Of a DNA stretch of 64,000 nt, positions 20,053-29,637 are shown piece by piece. Below the pieces are notes generated by a model. That model saw only the letters and a list, made by a program, of their open reading frames with translations. It did not search any database and was not told the DNA's origin. Origin of the DNA: Spirochaetia bacterium (lineage in GTDB: Bacteria > Spirochaetota > Spirochaetia > SP-2023); contig OZ253665.1 in assembly GCA_965263295.1 (NCBI GenBank), forward strand, positions 2,272,001 through 2,336,000, read 5' to 3'. Position 1 is the first letter of the stretch, and each line of letters starts with the position of its first letter. Position numbers and translations under genes: made by a program.

Positions 20053-22137
20053 ATGGGGGAAGGGAGGTCCTTGTCTGTGGAAAACTTGATGGACGGGCAG
20101 GAAAAATTTAAACGTTACCCCCTGATGGAACCTGTGGCATCGTTGAAAGATGATCCATATCTGGAAAACTTCAGGGCGCAGATTGCCGCCTGGCAGCGGC
20201 AGATTGACGATAAATACGCCCTGCTGTGCCAAGGCGCCGGCGCGGCGCAACTGCGCGATTTTGCCCTGGGGCATTTATTTTTTGGTTTGCACCGTCAGCC
20301 CGATGGCGGCTGGTTGCTGCGCGAGTGGGCACCCAATGCCTGCGAAATGTATTTGTTTGGCGACGCGACAGCCTGGCAGTTGCGCCCAGAATATCGCTTT
20401 GAGCGCTTGAATGCCGAAGGCGTCTGGGAACTGCGGCTGGGCGGGGAACAGTTACAGCTCCAAGAGTATTTTGCCTTGTGGCTGCGCTGGGAGTACGGCG
20501 ATCGCGGGCCAGGGGAGGGCCGTCGCCTGCCTTCGTATGCCAAACGAGTCGTGCAGGACCCCGAAACGAAGGTTTTTAGCGCGCAGGTCTGGGAAGACGA
20601 CTTCAAATTCCGCTTTAACTTTAGCCCGGCCCAGCTGCGGGCCCAGGAGCTGGAAGCGCCGATTATTTACGAGGCTCATGTCGGCATGGCGCAAGAGCAA
20701 GAAGATATCGGCAGCTACAGCCAGTTTAGGGAGCAGATTCTGCCCTACATTGCCCGGCTCGGCTACAATACCGTGCAGTTGATGGCAATCCAGGAACACC
20801 CTTACTATGGCTCTTTTGGCTACCATGTCGCCAATCCCTTTGCGGTGTCCTCGCGCTTTGGCCGCCCAGAGGAGTTCAAGGCGCTGGTGGACGAAGCCCA
20901 CCGCTTGGGCTTGCGCGTCATCATTGATCTGGTGCACTCACACCACGTGCGCAACGAGGACGAGGGCCTGGCGTACTTTGCCGGGCGGCGCGACCAGTAC
21001 TTGTATCCCGGAGATCGAGGCGAGCACCGCCAGTGGGACAGCTACGTCTATGACTACGGCAAGAATGAAGTGCTGCACTACCTGCTGTCCAATTTGCAGT
21101 TTTGGCTTTGCGAGTACAACATTGATGGTTTCCGCTTTGACGGCGTGACCAGCATGCTTTACGAGCACCGCGGCATGGGCACGGCTTTTACTGGCTACGA
21201 TGACTATTTTAATGGCTCGGTGGACGCCAATGCCCTGTGCTATCTGGCTCTGGCCAATCGCCTGATCCGCGAAATCCGCCCGCGCGCCATTACTGTGGCG
21301 GAGGATGTCAGCGGTTTTCCCGGCCTGGCAGCGCGCGAGTTGTTGGGCTTTGACTACCGCCTGGCCATGGGGGGGGCTGATTATTGGTTCAAGTTGCTCG
21401 ACATCGCGGACGAGGACTGGAACATGTTCGCCGTTTGGCACGAGATGTCGCAGGGCCGGCGCGATGAACGCACGATCAGCTATGTCGAGAGTCACGACCA
21501 GGCCCTCGTCGGCGGCAAGAGCTTTATTTTTACCATTATTGACAGCGACATGTATTGGCACATGGACCCCGAACACCGCACATTGCGCGTGGATCGAGGG
21601 CTGGCCCTGCACAAGATGGCCCGCCTGTTGACGCTGGCCAGCGCCCGCCACGGCTACCTGAATTTCATGGGGAATGAGTTCGGGCACCCCGAATGGATTG
21701 ATTTTCCGCGCGAAGGCAACAAGTGGAGCTACCACCATTCGCGCCGCATGTGGAGCCTGGCTTTCCGCGAGGATCTCTTGTTTGCCGGCCTGCGATTGTT
21801 TGAAGAGGACATGCAGGCCTTGCTGCGCAACGAAGGGACGCTGCGTCACGCGATCGACTGGTTGCACTTGTACGACCATGATAAAGTGATTTGCTTTCGC
21901 CGCGGAAGTTTGCTGTTCGTGTTCAACTTTCACCCGACGCAAGCCCTAAAGGACTACCGGGTGCCCGCGCCGCTGGCCGAGTATGAAATTGCTTTGTGCA
22001 GTGACGCCGCGCGTTACAGCGGTTTTGGCCTGCTCGATTTATCCCACCGTTACCACAGCCAGCGGAACGCGGATGGCGCTAGCTTTGTGCCGGTCTATTT
22101 GCCACCGCGGCAGGTCTTGGCCTTGAGGGCCCTGTAG
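20053..22137 (+). CDS. glgB: 1,4-alpha-glucan branching enzyme (GH13, eukaryote-like subtype)
   Basis: REWAP.A, IYEAHVGM, QLMAIQEHPYYGSFGYHV, GFRFDGVTSM, AEDVSG, ESHDQALVG, LNFMGNEFGHPEWIDFPR. Confidence 0.93.
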   Translation: MGEGRSLSVENLMDGQEKFKRYPLMEPVASLKDDPYLENFRAQIAAWQRQIDDKYALLCQGAGAAQLRDFALGHLFFGLHRQPDGGWLLREWAPNACEMYLFGDATAWQLRPEYRFERLNAEGVWELRLGGEQLQLQEYFALWLRWEYGDRGPGEGRRLPSYAKRVVQDPETKVFSAQVWEDDFKFRFNFSPAQLRAQELEAPIIYEAHVGMAQEQEDIGSYSQFREQILPYIARLGYNTVQLMAIQEHPYYGSFGYHVANPFAVSSRFGRPEEFKALVDEAHRLGLRVIIDLVHSHHVRNEDEGLAYFAGRRDQYLYPGDRGEHRQWDSYVYDYGKNEVLHYLLSNLQFWLCEYNIDGFRFDGVTSMLYEHRGMGTAFTGYDDYFNGSVDANALCYLALANRLIREIRPRAITVAEDVSGFPGLAARELLGFDYRLAMGGADYWFKLLDIADEDWNMFAVWHEMSQGRRDERTISYVESHDQALVGGKSFIFTIIDSDMYWHMDPEHRTLRVDRGLALHKMARLLTLASARHGYLNFMGNEFGHPEWIDFPREGNKWSYHHSRRMWSLAFREDLLFAGLRLFEEDMQALLRNEGTLRHAIDWLHLYDHDKVICFRRGSLLFVFNFHPTQALKDYRVPAPLAEYEIALCSDAARYSGFGLLDLSHRYHSQRNADGASFVPVYLPPRQVLALRAL

Positions 22138-22164
22138 CCAGTATACAAAATATGACAAATGGGC

Positions 22165-22193
22165 TGGACAAACGCCAAAAAAAGACTTACAAT
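22165..22193 (+). promoter_or_regulatory. Putative sigma70 promoter of the giant lipoprotein, with an A7 run in the spacer
   Basis: TGGACA-17nt-TACAAT. Confidence 0.55.
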
Positions 22194-22354
22194 TTAAATA
22201 TATTAGTCAGCAAATTAATTAAGCATTAGAATTAATCAAACAATAAGAATTAATACGGGCCGCAATTGGCCGCGCCAGAAATTATTACATGCCATAATTA
22301 CATAACAAAAAAATATTTATATTGTCAAAGCTCCAATTATCGGGGGTTGGACCC

Positions 22355-25300
22355 ATGTTCCAGCGAATAGTGGAAAACATAGCCGCAAAAATATTGCAAA
22401 GAGTGGCAGGCGGGCGCTTGGCATTTTGGCGTTGGCCAAATGTTTCGGGGTTTTTTAGTGCCTTGAGCTTTCTCGCCGTGCTTGGCCTCGGCGCCTGTAA
22501 CGACTTGTCAATGCCCGATCCCAGTGACGGCGTAGCCGCCGGCCAAGCCTACATCGTGGTTAAAAATACCACTGCTGAGGAGCTGCTCATTGGCCTGGAT
22601 GAAAATGCCGACGACCAGGGCGCGCTCAACGATGAGCGCAGAACATTGTCTGTGGGTGCAGAGGAAGAGTTTGAAGTCGAAATTCCCGGCGACTCCCGTA
22701 AGGTCTGGTTGAAGCTGCCGGGCTATGCCGCCAAAGAAATTACGCTCAGGTCGAAAGAATTTAAAAAAATTACCGCGGATAGAGTCTACAGCTGCGTCAA
22801 TATGGAATTTAGCAGTTACACCACGAGCGGTAAAGGGATAAAAATTGTCCCCGACGACCCCGAAAAAATTGCCGGCAGCTCTGTGGTCTATCCAGATGAG
22901 GAGGGTGGTTGCCCGGCATTTGCGCAAAATCTTATCACAAGCACCGCAAACGCAGCCGGGGAGAACGAATTTAGCATAGAAGATGGGACGCGGGGTCAGG
23001 AAATAATAAAAGAATTTTCGATTGTGATTAGAGCAGACTACGAAGCGAAAGTGCGTTTTGAAAAGTTGGATGACTTGATCGGATTCGGCTACCAGAGCGA
23101 CAAGTCCCTGGTTGACCTGACCAAGGACGGCGAAGCGTTGGAATTGCAAATGACAGAGGATCCTCATGAATTTGTGCAGGAAAATAAGTTGCCAGAGCTT
23201 AATTTTGTGGACGGCACGGCGGCGGAAATATCTTTTGATGACAAGGAGAAATGGATTCCGCTCCATGACATTGATACACCGACATCACAAAAGTTTGAGG
23301 TGGAGTATTCGGACGCAGACGGCGATGAGCTGGGCTACTTCTTGATGGCCAATGTCGAGGCTTGGGAGAATGGCTCTCTTTTGCCCAAGACAGAAGAAAT
23401 TGTCGAGGAGAATGATTATAAAGAAGATCCGTCTAGAACTCATGAATTGAAATTGTATTCGCCGGTAAAGGGTAAGTCAGAGATTGCAAATATGAGCCGC
23501 GATCAGCGCCACAGGGTGGAAGTCACGGCGAGGGTGGACGATGGCATGAAGGATGGCCGGGGAAAAGCTGAGGTGACACGGACGCTGTACGTCAACGTGG
23601 CGCCAGAGATTGAGGCGCTGCAGTTTGGGGATGGCACGGATGTAAGTGACATTGTTGAGACTGAAAAGGATAATTGGCTGCAGCTGGATTCAGGCGATAA
23701 AACGAGTTTCTCGGTGGCGGCTAGGGACGCAGACGACGGCGCTGACTTGACTTACAGCTGGAAGGTCAACAACGAGAAACAGCAGGATAAAAAGACGGCG
23801 ACTGTGGAGCTGGACCTGGGCTCGACAGGCGCTCACGAGGTCGAGGTTGCGGTGACGGTGAGCGATGGTGCGGAAGAAAAAGATTCCCAAGCGCGAACGC
23901 TGTACGTGAATGTGAAGCCGACGCAGCCGACGGGGATAGAAGTCAAAGAACGGGGCCAACTGGTACCGGGCGAATCGGCACGGAATTACACGCTTGAGCT
24001 GGTCGGAGGCATGGATCCGGACGGCGATCAATTGGAATATGAGTGGGAGTACGTTGGTCCTACTACGGACAATATCGTTTTCAATCCAAGAGATTTGGTA
24101 AAGTCACTAGAATATTCTAAGATAGTGACCGTGAAGTTGCCATTGGGCCCGCATAAGATTCGCGCCCGGTTGAAAGATAAATACGGCGGCAAGGGCGAAT
24201 GGTTTGAGGAGGAAATTACGGTTGGGAACCATGCGCCGACGATTACTGAACTGAAGTTTGCGGATGACAAACTTGTAAAAAACATTGATGAGAATAACAA
24301 GGATGATTGGCTGCAGCTGGATTCAGGCGAGAAAACGAGTTTGACTGTGGAGGCCGCAGACCTAGATGGCGATGATTTGACTTACAGCTGGACGGTCAAT
24401 GGCGGGGACAAGAAAGTCACAACAGACCCGCGAGCGACGCTGGACCTGGGTTCGTTGGCTGAAAATCACAAGGTGGTGGTTGCGGTGACGGTGAGCGATG
24501 GCGTGGTAGACAGTAAGCCCTTCATGCGGACACTGTACGTGAATGTGGCGCCGAAGATTGACGAGATTAAAATCAAGAAAGATAACACGCAAGAAGTCCT
24601 GAAAAAGGATCAGGATATTTATACCAAAGATAAGCCACTGCAGCTGGATTCAGGCGAGAAGACGAGTTTCTCGGTGGCGGCTACGGACGCAGACGACGGC
24701 GCTGACTTGAGCTACACCTGGACGGTCAATGGCGAGGAACAGCAGGATAAAAAGACGGCGACTTTGGTGCTGGACCTGGGTTCGTTGGCCAAAGATCACA
24801 AAGTGGTGGTTGCGGTGACGGCGAGCGATGGCAATGGCGATAAAGGGAAAGATACAATCGAGCGAACGCTGTACGTCAACGTGGCGCCAGAGATTAAGAC
24901 GTTGAAGTTTGGGAATGGCACGGATGTAAGCGACATTGGTGAGAATAACAAGGATGATTGGCTGCAGCTGAATTCAGGCGATAAAACGAGTTTCTCGGTG
25001 GTGGCTACGGATGCAGACGATGGCGATGACTTGACTTACAGCTGGACGGTCAATGGCAAGGCTCCGCAGGAGAAAGATATGCAGGTGACGAAGACGTCAA
25101 CCGGCGAGACTGTGGAGCTGGACCTGGGTTCGTTGGCTGAAAATCACAAGGTGGTGGTTGCGGTTTCGGTGAGCGATGGCGTGACAGAAGTTCCCAAAAC
25201 GCGGACGCTGTACGTGAATGTGGCGCCGAAGATTGACGAGATTAAAATCAAGAAAGATAACACGCAAGAAGTCCTGAAAAAGGGTCAGGATATTTATACC

Positions 25301-27661
25301 AAAGATAATCCGCTGCAGCTGGATTCAGGCGAGAAAACGAGTTTCTCGGTGGCGGCTACGGACGCAGACGACGGCGCTGACTTGACTTACAGCTGGAAGG
25401 TCAACAACGAGGAACAGCAGGATAAAAAGACGGCGACTGTGGAGCTGGACCTGAGTTCGACCGGAGATCACAAGGTGGTGGTTGCGGTGACGGTGAGCGA
25501 TGGTGCGGAAGAAAAAGATTCCCAAGCGCGAACGCTGTACGTGAATGTGGCGCCGACGCCGACGGAGATAAAAGCCACGCCGGGCAAACTGGTAGAGAAA
25601 AATCCTGGCTCATTGGCACGGAAGTACACGCTTGCGCTGGTCGGGGGCACGGATCCGGACGGCGATCAATTGGAATACGAGTGGGAGTACGTTGGTCCTA
25701 CTACGGACAAGATCGTTTTCACGCCAGAGAATTCCCGTAACGTGACCGTGATTCTGCCATTGAACCAAACGCATATAATTCGCGCCCGGTTGAAAGATGA
25801 ACACGGCGCCGAGGGCGAATGGTTTGAGGAGAAAATTACGGTTGAGAACCATGCGCCGAGGATTATTGACGAGAATATTAAATACAGAAAAGGTGGATAT
25901 CGATATGAAGTCTTGGGAGATGATAAATACACCCAGGCTAGTCCGCTGCGGCTGACGGAAGAACAGAAGTGGAAGGTGGAGTTATTTGTGGCGCCTACTG
26001 ACGACGATGGAGATGACTTGAGCTACAGCTGGACGGTCAATGGCAAGGCTCCGCAGGAGCAAGGTATGCAGGTGAGAAAGGAGAGAAGCAGCGAGATTTT
26101 GGAGATGGACCTGGGTTCGTTGGCTGGAAAGCACGAAGTGGTGGTTGAGGTTTCGGTGAGCGACGGCGTGTTAGACAGTAAGCCCTTCATGCGGACACTG
26201 TACGTGGATGTGGAGCCAGTGATTACGTATCTTTCGGGTGAAGACAGCAAATGGGCCGATGAGGCTAACGATTATAAAAGCTGGATTCAGTTTCCTGCTT
26301 CACACATGGATGAAGTGGATAGCGGTGTGGCAAAGGAATTTACTGTGGAGGCTCGTGACCTAGATGGCGATGCCTTGGACTTCATCTTGATGATCAATAT
26401 GAAGGCTTCGGAGAAAAAGGGTAAGCCTATTGTTGTCCGGGACTCGCCTATGAATGAAAGAGAGTCCATCTACAAGGATAAAGAGACTATTGTCCTGTAC
26501 TCGCCTATGAATGAAAGAAAGTCCATCAGAACCAACTACAAGGATGAATATGAGGAGGATGAAGAAAAGAAACGCCACAAGTTGGTGGTTACGGCGGTGG
26601 CGAGGGATGGGACACTGGTAAAACACAAAAGTCGAACGCTGTACGTCAATGTGGCGCCGACGCAACCAACGGAGATAAAAGCCACAGCGGACAAACTGGT
26701 ATCGGGCGAATCGGAGTGGAAGTACACGCTTGAGCTGGTCGGAGGCATGGATCCGGACGGCGATCAATTGGAATATGAGTGGGAGTACGTTGGTCCTACT
26801 ACGGACAATATCGTTTTTAATCCAAGATATTTGATGAAGTCACTAGGAGATTCTAGGATAGTGACCGTGAATTTGCCATCGGGCAAGCATACAATTCGTG
26901 CCCGGTTGAAAGATGAATACGGCGGCAAGGGCAAATGGTTTGAGGAGGAAATTACGGTTGGGAACCATGCGCCGACGATTACGAGTCTTTCGGGCGAAGA
27001 CAGCGTCTGGGACGATGAGGCTAACAATTATAAAAGCTGGATTCAGTTGGATGCATTGGATAGCCCAGAGACAGAGAAATTCGCTGTGGTGGCCGAAGAC
27101 CTAGACGGAGATAATTTGACCTACACCTGGACGGTCAACGGCGAGACTCCGCAGACGAAAGATATCCAGGTGACGAAGAAGCTAACCGGCGAGACTGTGA
27201 AGCTGCAGCTGTACTCGCCCGTAAAGGACAAGACAGAAGATCAGATTAAAAATATGAGCGCTGAAGAGCGCCACAAGGTGGAGGTTGCGGTGACGGTGAG
27301 CGATGGCGTGACCAGTATTACTTCCAAACCGCGAACGCTGTACGTGAATGTGAAGCCGACGAAGCCAGAGATACAATTTGAGGAGCCGAGGAATCCAGGG
27401 GAGAAGTACAGTTTTAAGTTAGTTTCGGGAAGTGATCCGGATGATGATGACGTAAAATACGATTGGGATTTAGGCAATTTAGCTTTAGAAGAGTCTGAAG
27501 TTTTTGATATCGAGCTTCAGTCAGAGAAGTCTCTAGAGCAGTCCAGCGAAGTGACCGCGCCTTGGGAATTAGGTGGTTATGAGTGGATAATTCAGGCCCG
27601 GCTGATAGACCCGTACGGAGGCAAGGGTGACTATTCGGATTTTAACGGAGCAGGCTTTTAA
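22355..27661 (+). CDS. Giant surface lipoprotein / putative adhesin with ~13 tandem Ig/cadherin/PKD-like repeats
   Basis: Hydrophobic stretch ending LAVLGLGA-C; repeated N.AP...D.DGD.L.Y.W...V.VSDG...RTLYV units. Start uncertain (ATG 22355 or TTG 22322). Confidence 0.8.
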   Translation: MFQRIVENIAAKILQRVAGGRLAFWRWPNVSGFFSALSFLAVLGLGACNDLSMPDPSDGVAAGQAYIVVKNTTAEELLIGLDENADDQGALNDERRTLSVGAEEEFEVEIPGDSRKVWLKLPGYAAKEITLRSKEFKKITADRVYSCVNMEFSSYTTSGKGIKIVPDDPEKIAGSSVVYPDEEGGCPAFAQNLITSTANAAGENEFSIEDGTRGQEIIKEFSIVIRADYEAKVRFEKLDDLIGFGYQSDKSLVDLTKDGEALELQMTEDPHEFVQENKLPELNFVDGTAAEISFDDKEKWIPLHDIDTPTSQKFEVEYSDADGDELGYFLMANVEAWENGSLLPKTEEIVEENDYKEDPSRTHELKLYSPVKGKSEIANMSRDQRHRVEVTARVDDGMKDGRGKAEVTRTLYVNVAPEIEALQFGDGTDVSDIVETEKDNWLQLDSGDKTSFSVAARDADDGADLTYSWKVNNEKQQDKKTATVELDLGSTGAHEVEVAVTVSDGAEEKDSQARTLYVNVKPTQPTGIEVKERGQLVPGESARNYTLELVGGMDPDGDQLEYEWEYVGPTTDNIVFNPRDLVKSLEYSKIVTVKLPLGPHKIRARLKDKYGGKGEWFEEEITVGNHAPTITELKFADDKLVKNIDENNKDDWLQLDSGEKTSLTVEAADLDGDDLTYSWTVNGGDKKVTTDPRATLDLGSLAENHKVVVAVTVSDGVVDSKPFMRTLYVNVAPKIDEIKIKKDNTQEVLKKDQDIYTKDKPLQLDSGEKTSFSVAATDADDGADLSYTWTVNGEEQQDKKTATLVLDLGSLAKDHKVVVAVTASDGNGDKGKDTIERTLYVNVAPEIKTLKFGNGTDVSDIGENNKDDWLQLNSGDKTSFSVVATDADDGDDLTYSWTVNGKAPQEKDMQVTKTSTGETVELDLGSLAENHKVVVAVSVSDGVTEVPKTRTLYVNVAPKIDEIKIKKDNTQEVLKKGQDIYTKDNPLQLDSGEKTSFSVAATDADDGADLTYSWKVNNEEQQDKKTATVELDLSSTGDHKVVVAVTVSDGAEEKDSQARTLYVNVAPTPTEIKATPGKLVEKNPGSLARKYTLALVGGTDPDGDQLEYEWEYVGPTTDKIVFTPENSRNVTVILPLNQTHIIRARLKDEHGAEGEWFEEKITVENHAPRIIDENIKYRKGGYRYEVLGDDKYTQASPLRLTEEQKWKVELFVAPTDDDGDDLSYSWTVNGKAPQEQGMQVRKERSSEILEMDLGSLAGKHEVVVEVSVSDGVLDSKPFMRTLYVDVEPVITYLSGEDSKWADEANDYKSWIQFPASHMDEVDSGVAKEFTVEARDLDGDALDFILMINMKASEKKGKPIVVRDSPMNERESIYKDKETIVLYSPMNERKSIRTNYKDEYEEDEEKKRHKLVVTAVARDGTLVKHKSRTLYVNVAPTQPTEIKATADKLVSGESEWKYTLELVGGMDPDGDQLEYEWEYVGPTTDNIVFNPRYLMKSLGDSRIVTVNLPSGKHTIRARLKDEYGGKGKWFEEEITVGNHAPTITSLSGEDSVWDDEANNYKSWIQLDALDSPETEKFAVVAEDLDGDNLTYTWTVNGETPQTKDIQVTKKLTGETVKLQLYSPVKDKTEDQIKNMSAEERHKVEVAVTVSDGVTSITSKPRTLYVNVKPTKPEIQFEEPRNPGEKYSFKLVSGSDPDDDDVKYDWDLGNLALEESEVFDIELQSEKSLEQSSEVTAPWELGGYEWIIQARLIDPYGGKGDYSDFNGAGF
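23180..27620 (+). repeat. Intragenic array of ~300-440 bp domain repeats with near-identical DNA blocks
   Basis: For example 24533-24608 matches 25208-25283, and 23987-24091 nearly matches 26723-26827. Confidence 0.92.
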
Positions 27662-27720
27662 TCTGAGCATTCCGATTGGCACAGATAAACACCTTGTGCG
27701 GGTGGCGGGGGAACTTTAAA

Positions 27721-27788
27721 GGGAATCACGAAAGGGCACGAAAATTAGCGAAAGGTCACGAAAGTTAGGTTGGGGAGCCGCGGGTGGC
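27721..27788 (+). repeat. Dispersed element Y, copy A (4 x phased CGAAA plus GC-rich tail)
   Basis: GGGAATCACGAAAGGGCACGAAAATTAGCGAAAGGTCACGAAAGTTAGGTTGGGGAGCCGCGGGTGGC; colinear with copies B and C. Confidence 0.85.
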
Positions 27789-27871
27789 ACGATGGGGAGC
27801 TGCGGGTGACAGGGAAAAAGTTAAAAAAGGGGACGGCAGCCAAGAAGGGCGTCCAGGCAGCAGGCGCGGTG

Positions 27872-27930
27872 TTTTAGAATTTTTCGTGTTGTTTTGTATT
27901 TTTTGGTGTATTTCGTGGTTACTTGGCCAG
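27872..27930 (-). repeat. Dispersed element X, copy 1
   Basis: Reverse complement CTGGCCAAGTAACCACGAAATACACCAAAAAATACAAAACAACACGAAAAATTCTAAAA nearly matches 57347-57405. Confidence 0.88.
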
Positions 27931-27941
27931 AAACTCTGAGA

Positions 27942-28009
27942 GGGAGCCACGAAAGTACACGAAAGGTTGCGAAAAGTCACGAAATATAGACAGGCGAGCC
28001 GCAGGTGGG
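27942..28009 (+). repeat. Dispersed element Y, copy B
   Basis: GGGAGCCACGAAAGTACACGAAAGGTTGCGAAAAGTCACGAAATATAGACAGGCGAGCCGCAGGTGGG; GAAA at 27951/61/71/81. Confidence 0.85.
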
Positions 28010-28016
28010 ATATAAT
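27987..28016 (+). promoter_or_regulatory. Putative argJ promoter overlapping element Y copy B
   Basis: TAGACA-18nt-TATAAT. Confidence 0.5.
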
Positions 28017-28053
28017 AGGCCGGAGCCGCTCAAACCCGGCCGCCACAAGCCCC

Positions 28054-29358
28054 ATGTCCTCGAATTTGAACCCGCCTCCTATTTTGCCCCCTGATTTGAC
28101 CTCGCGTTTGCCCGTGTCTCTGCCCGTGCCTCTGCCTGGCGGGCACATTTGCAGTCCCCGTGGCTTTTGGGCGGATGGCCGCGCCGCCGGCTTCCGGGCG
28201 CAAAATCCGCAGCGCCTGGACCTGGCGCTGCTGTATTCCGAAAAATTATGTAGTGCGGCCGGCGTGTTTACGCAGAATCTGTTCTGCGCCGCGCCGGTTG
28301 TCGTGACCCGCGATTCCCTCAAGCGCGACAATCGCTTGCAGGCCCTGCTGTGCAACAGCGGGCAAGCCAATGCCGGAACGGGCGCACAGGGTTTGGAAAT
28401 AGCGCGCTGGAAGCAGGAGTTGCTGCACCAGAAACTGGGCCTGGCGCAGCGGGACCACGCCGCTGTCATGTCGACGGGGGTCATTGGCGTGCTCCCCTGC
28501 CGCGAGAAGATTGCCCGCGGCCTGAGTCAGATGGAACTGGCACGTGATGCCGTCGCCGCCGCGCGTTTCAGCCAGGCCATTCTGACCACGGACAGCCGCA
28601 CCAAGACCGGCGCCTACCAATTGGAAATTGACGGCCAGACGGTGACCCTCGCGGGCAGCGCCAAAGGTTCGGGTATGATCCACCCCGACATGGCGACGAT
28701 GCTGGGCTTTATCACCACCGATGCCACGGTGGAACCCGGTTTTCTGCAAGAGCTGTTGCGCGGCAGCGTCGAACGCTCCTTCAATCGCATTAGCGTTGAC
28801 GGCGATACTTCGACGAACGACACCGTGTTGATTTTCGCCAACGGCCTGGCCGGCAACGCGCCGATTCAGCGGCGCCACCCGCAGTGGCCGGAATTCCGGC
28901 AAGCCTTGGAACTCCTGTGCCAGGACCTGGCCCAGGCCATCGTGCGCGACGGCGAGGGCGCGACCAAGTTCATCGAAGTCGAAGTCGTCGGCGCGCCCAC
29001 GGAGCGGGCCGCGGCCCTCTGCGCCCGCCACGTGGTCTCCTCAAACCTGTTTAAGGCGGCCATGTATGGGGAAGACATCAACTGGGGACGGATTGCCTGT
29101 GCGGTGGGCAACAGCGGCGCCAGGATCTCGACCACGCGGCTGAGTATCACGGTGGGCCGGCCCGACAATCCGGCCGCCATTTGCGTCCTGGACTCCAATT
29201 GCCCGCAGCCTTTCAGTGAAGAGCAAGCCGCGCGCCTGCTTTCGCGGCCAGAAATTTACATTTGCGTCGACCTGCACCAAGGGCTCAGCCGCGCCACCGC
29301 CTGGGGCAGCGATTTATCCGTCGCTTACGTTGAAATCAACGCGCACAAGCGCTCGTGA
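28054..29358 (+). CDS. argJ: Ornithine acetyltransferase / N-acetylglutamate synthase ArgJ
   Basis: AAGVFT.N.F.AAPV, NSG.ANA.TG, STGVIG, AKGSGMIHPDMATML, VDGDTSTND, DGEGATK, NWGRI. Start taken at ATG 28054. Confidence 0.95.
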   Translation: MSSNLNPPPILPPDLTSRLPVSLPVPLPGGHICSPRGFWADGRAAGFRAQNPQRLDLALLYSEKLCSAAGVFTQNLFCAAPVVVTRDSLKRDNRLQALLCNSGQANAGTGAQGLEIARWKQELLHQKLGLAQRDHAAVMSTGVIGVLPCREKIARGLSQMELARDAVAAARFSQAILTTDSRTKTGAYQLEIDGQTVTLAGSAKGSGMIHPDMATMLGFITTDATVEPGFLQELLRGSVERSFNRISVDGDTSTNDTVLIFANGLAGNAPIQRRHPQWPEFRQALELLCQDLAQAIVRDGEGATKFIEVEVVGAPTERAAALCARHVVSSNLFKAAMYGEDINWGRIACAVGNSGARISTTRLSITVGRPDNPAAICVLDSNCPQPFSEEQAARLLSRPEIYICVDLHQGLSRATAWGSDLSVAYVEINAHKRS

Positions 29359-29637
29359 ATGGCCGCAGGAATGTTGCGCTGTAATTTTGCGCCGTAATTT
29401 TTCGTTGGTCGAGCTTTACAAATTAAAATTTATTATTATACTCTGATGCCAATTCAAGGATAATATTTCAAAATAGCATTTTTGGCGAAAAAGCAGAATC
29501 CATAATCCGCAACGGATCCCTTGCGGCACTTTGCTCCCTGAATATCTATTTTGGAGTTTAGGCCTTGCCTGGAAATATCCTGCCGGGAAAATATATTGCC
29601 GGCATTGAAGGGATAAAATTTAGGTACAGGAGTGCAT

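Noticed and set aside
19241..21942. Long antisense ORFs (257 and 334 aa) over glgA and glgB, and similar shadows elsewhere
   Set aside because: Typical stop-poor shadow frames of GC-rich coding sequence.
23180..27620. Diversity-generating retroelement TR/VR pair
   Set aside because: All repeats lie within one ORF, differences did not look adenine-restricted, and no reverse transcriptase is present.
27721..28009. CRISPR array
   Set aside because: Units are ~10 bp with no unique 30-40 bp spacers, and no cas genes are in the window.
27765..28484. 239-aa minus-strand ORF and the long upstream extension of argJ
   Set aside because: It is antisense to argJ and runs through the repeat elements; no recognisable motifs.
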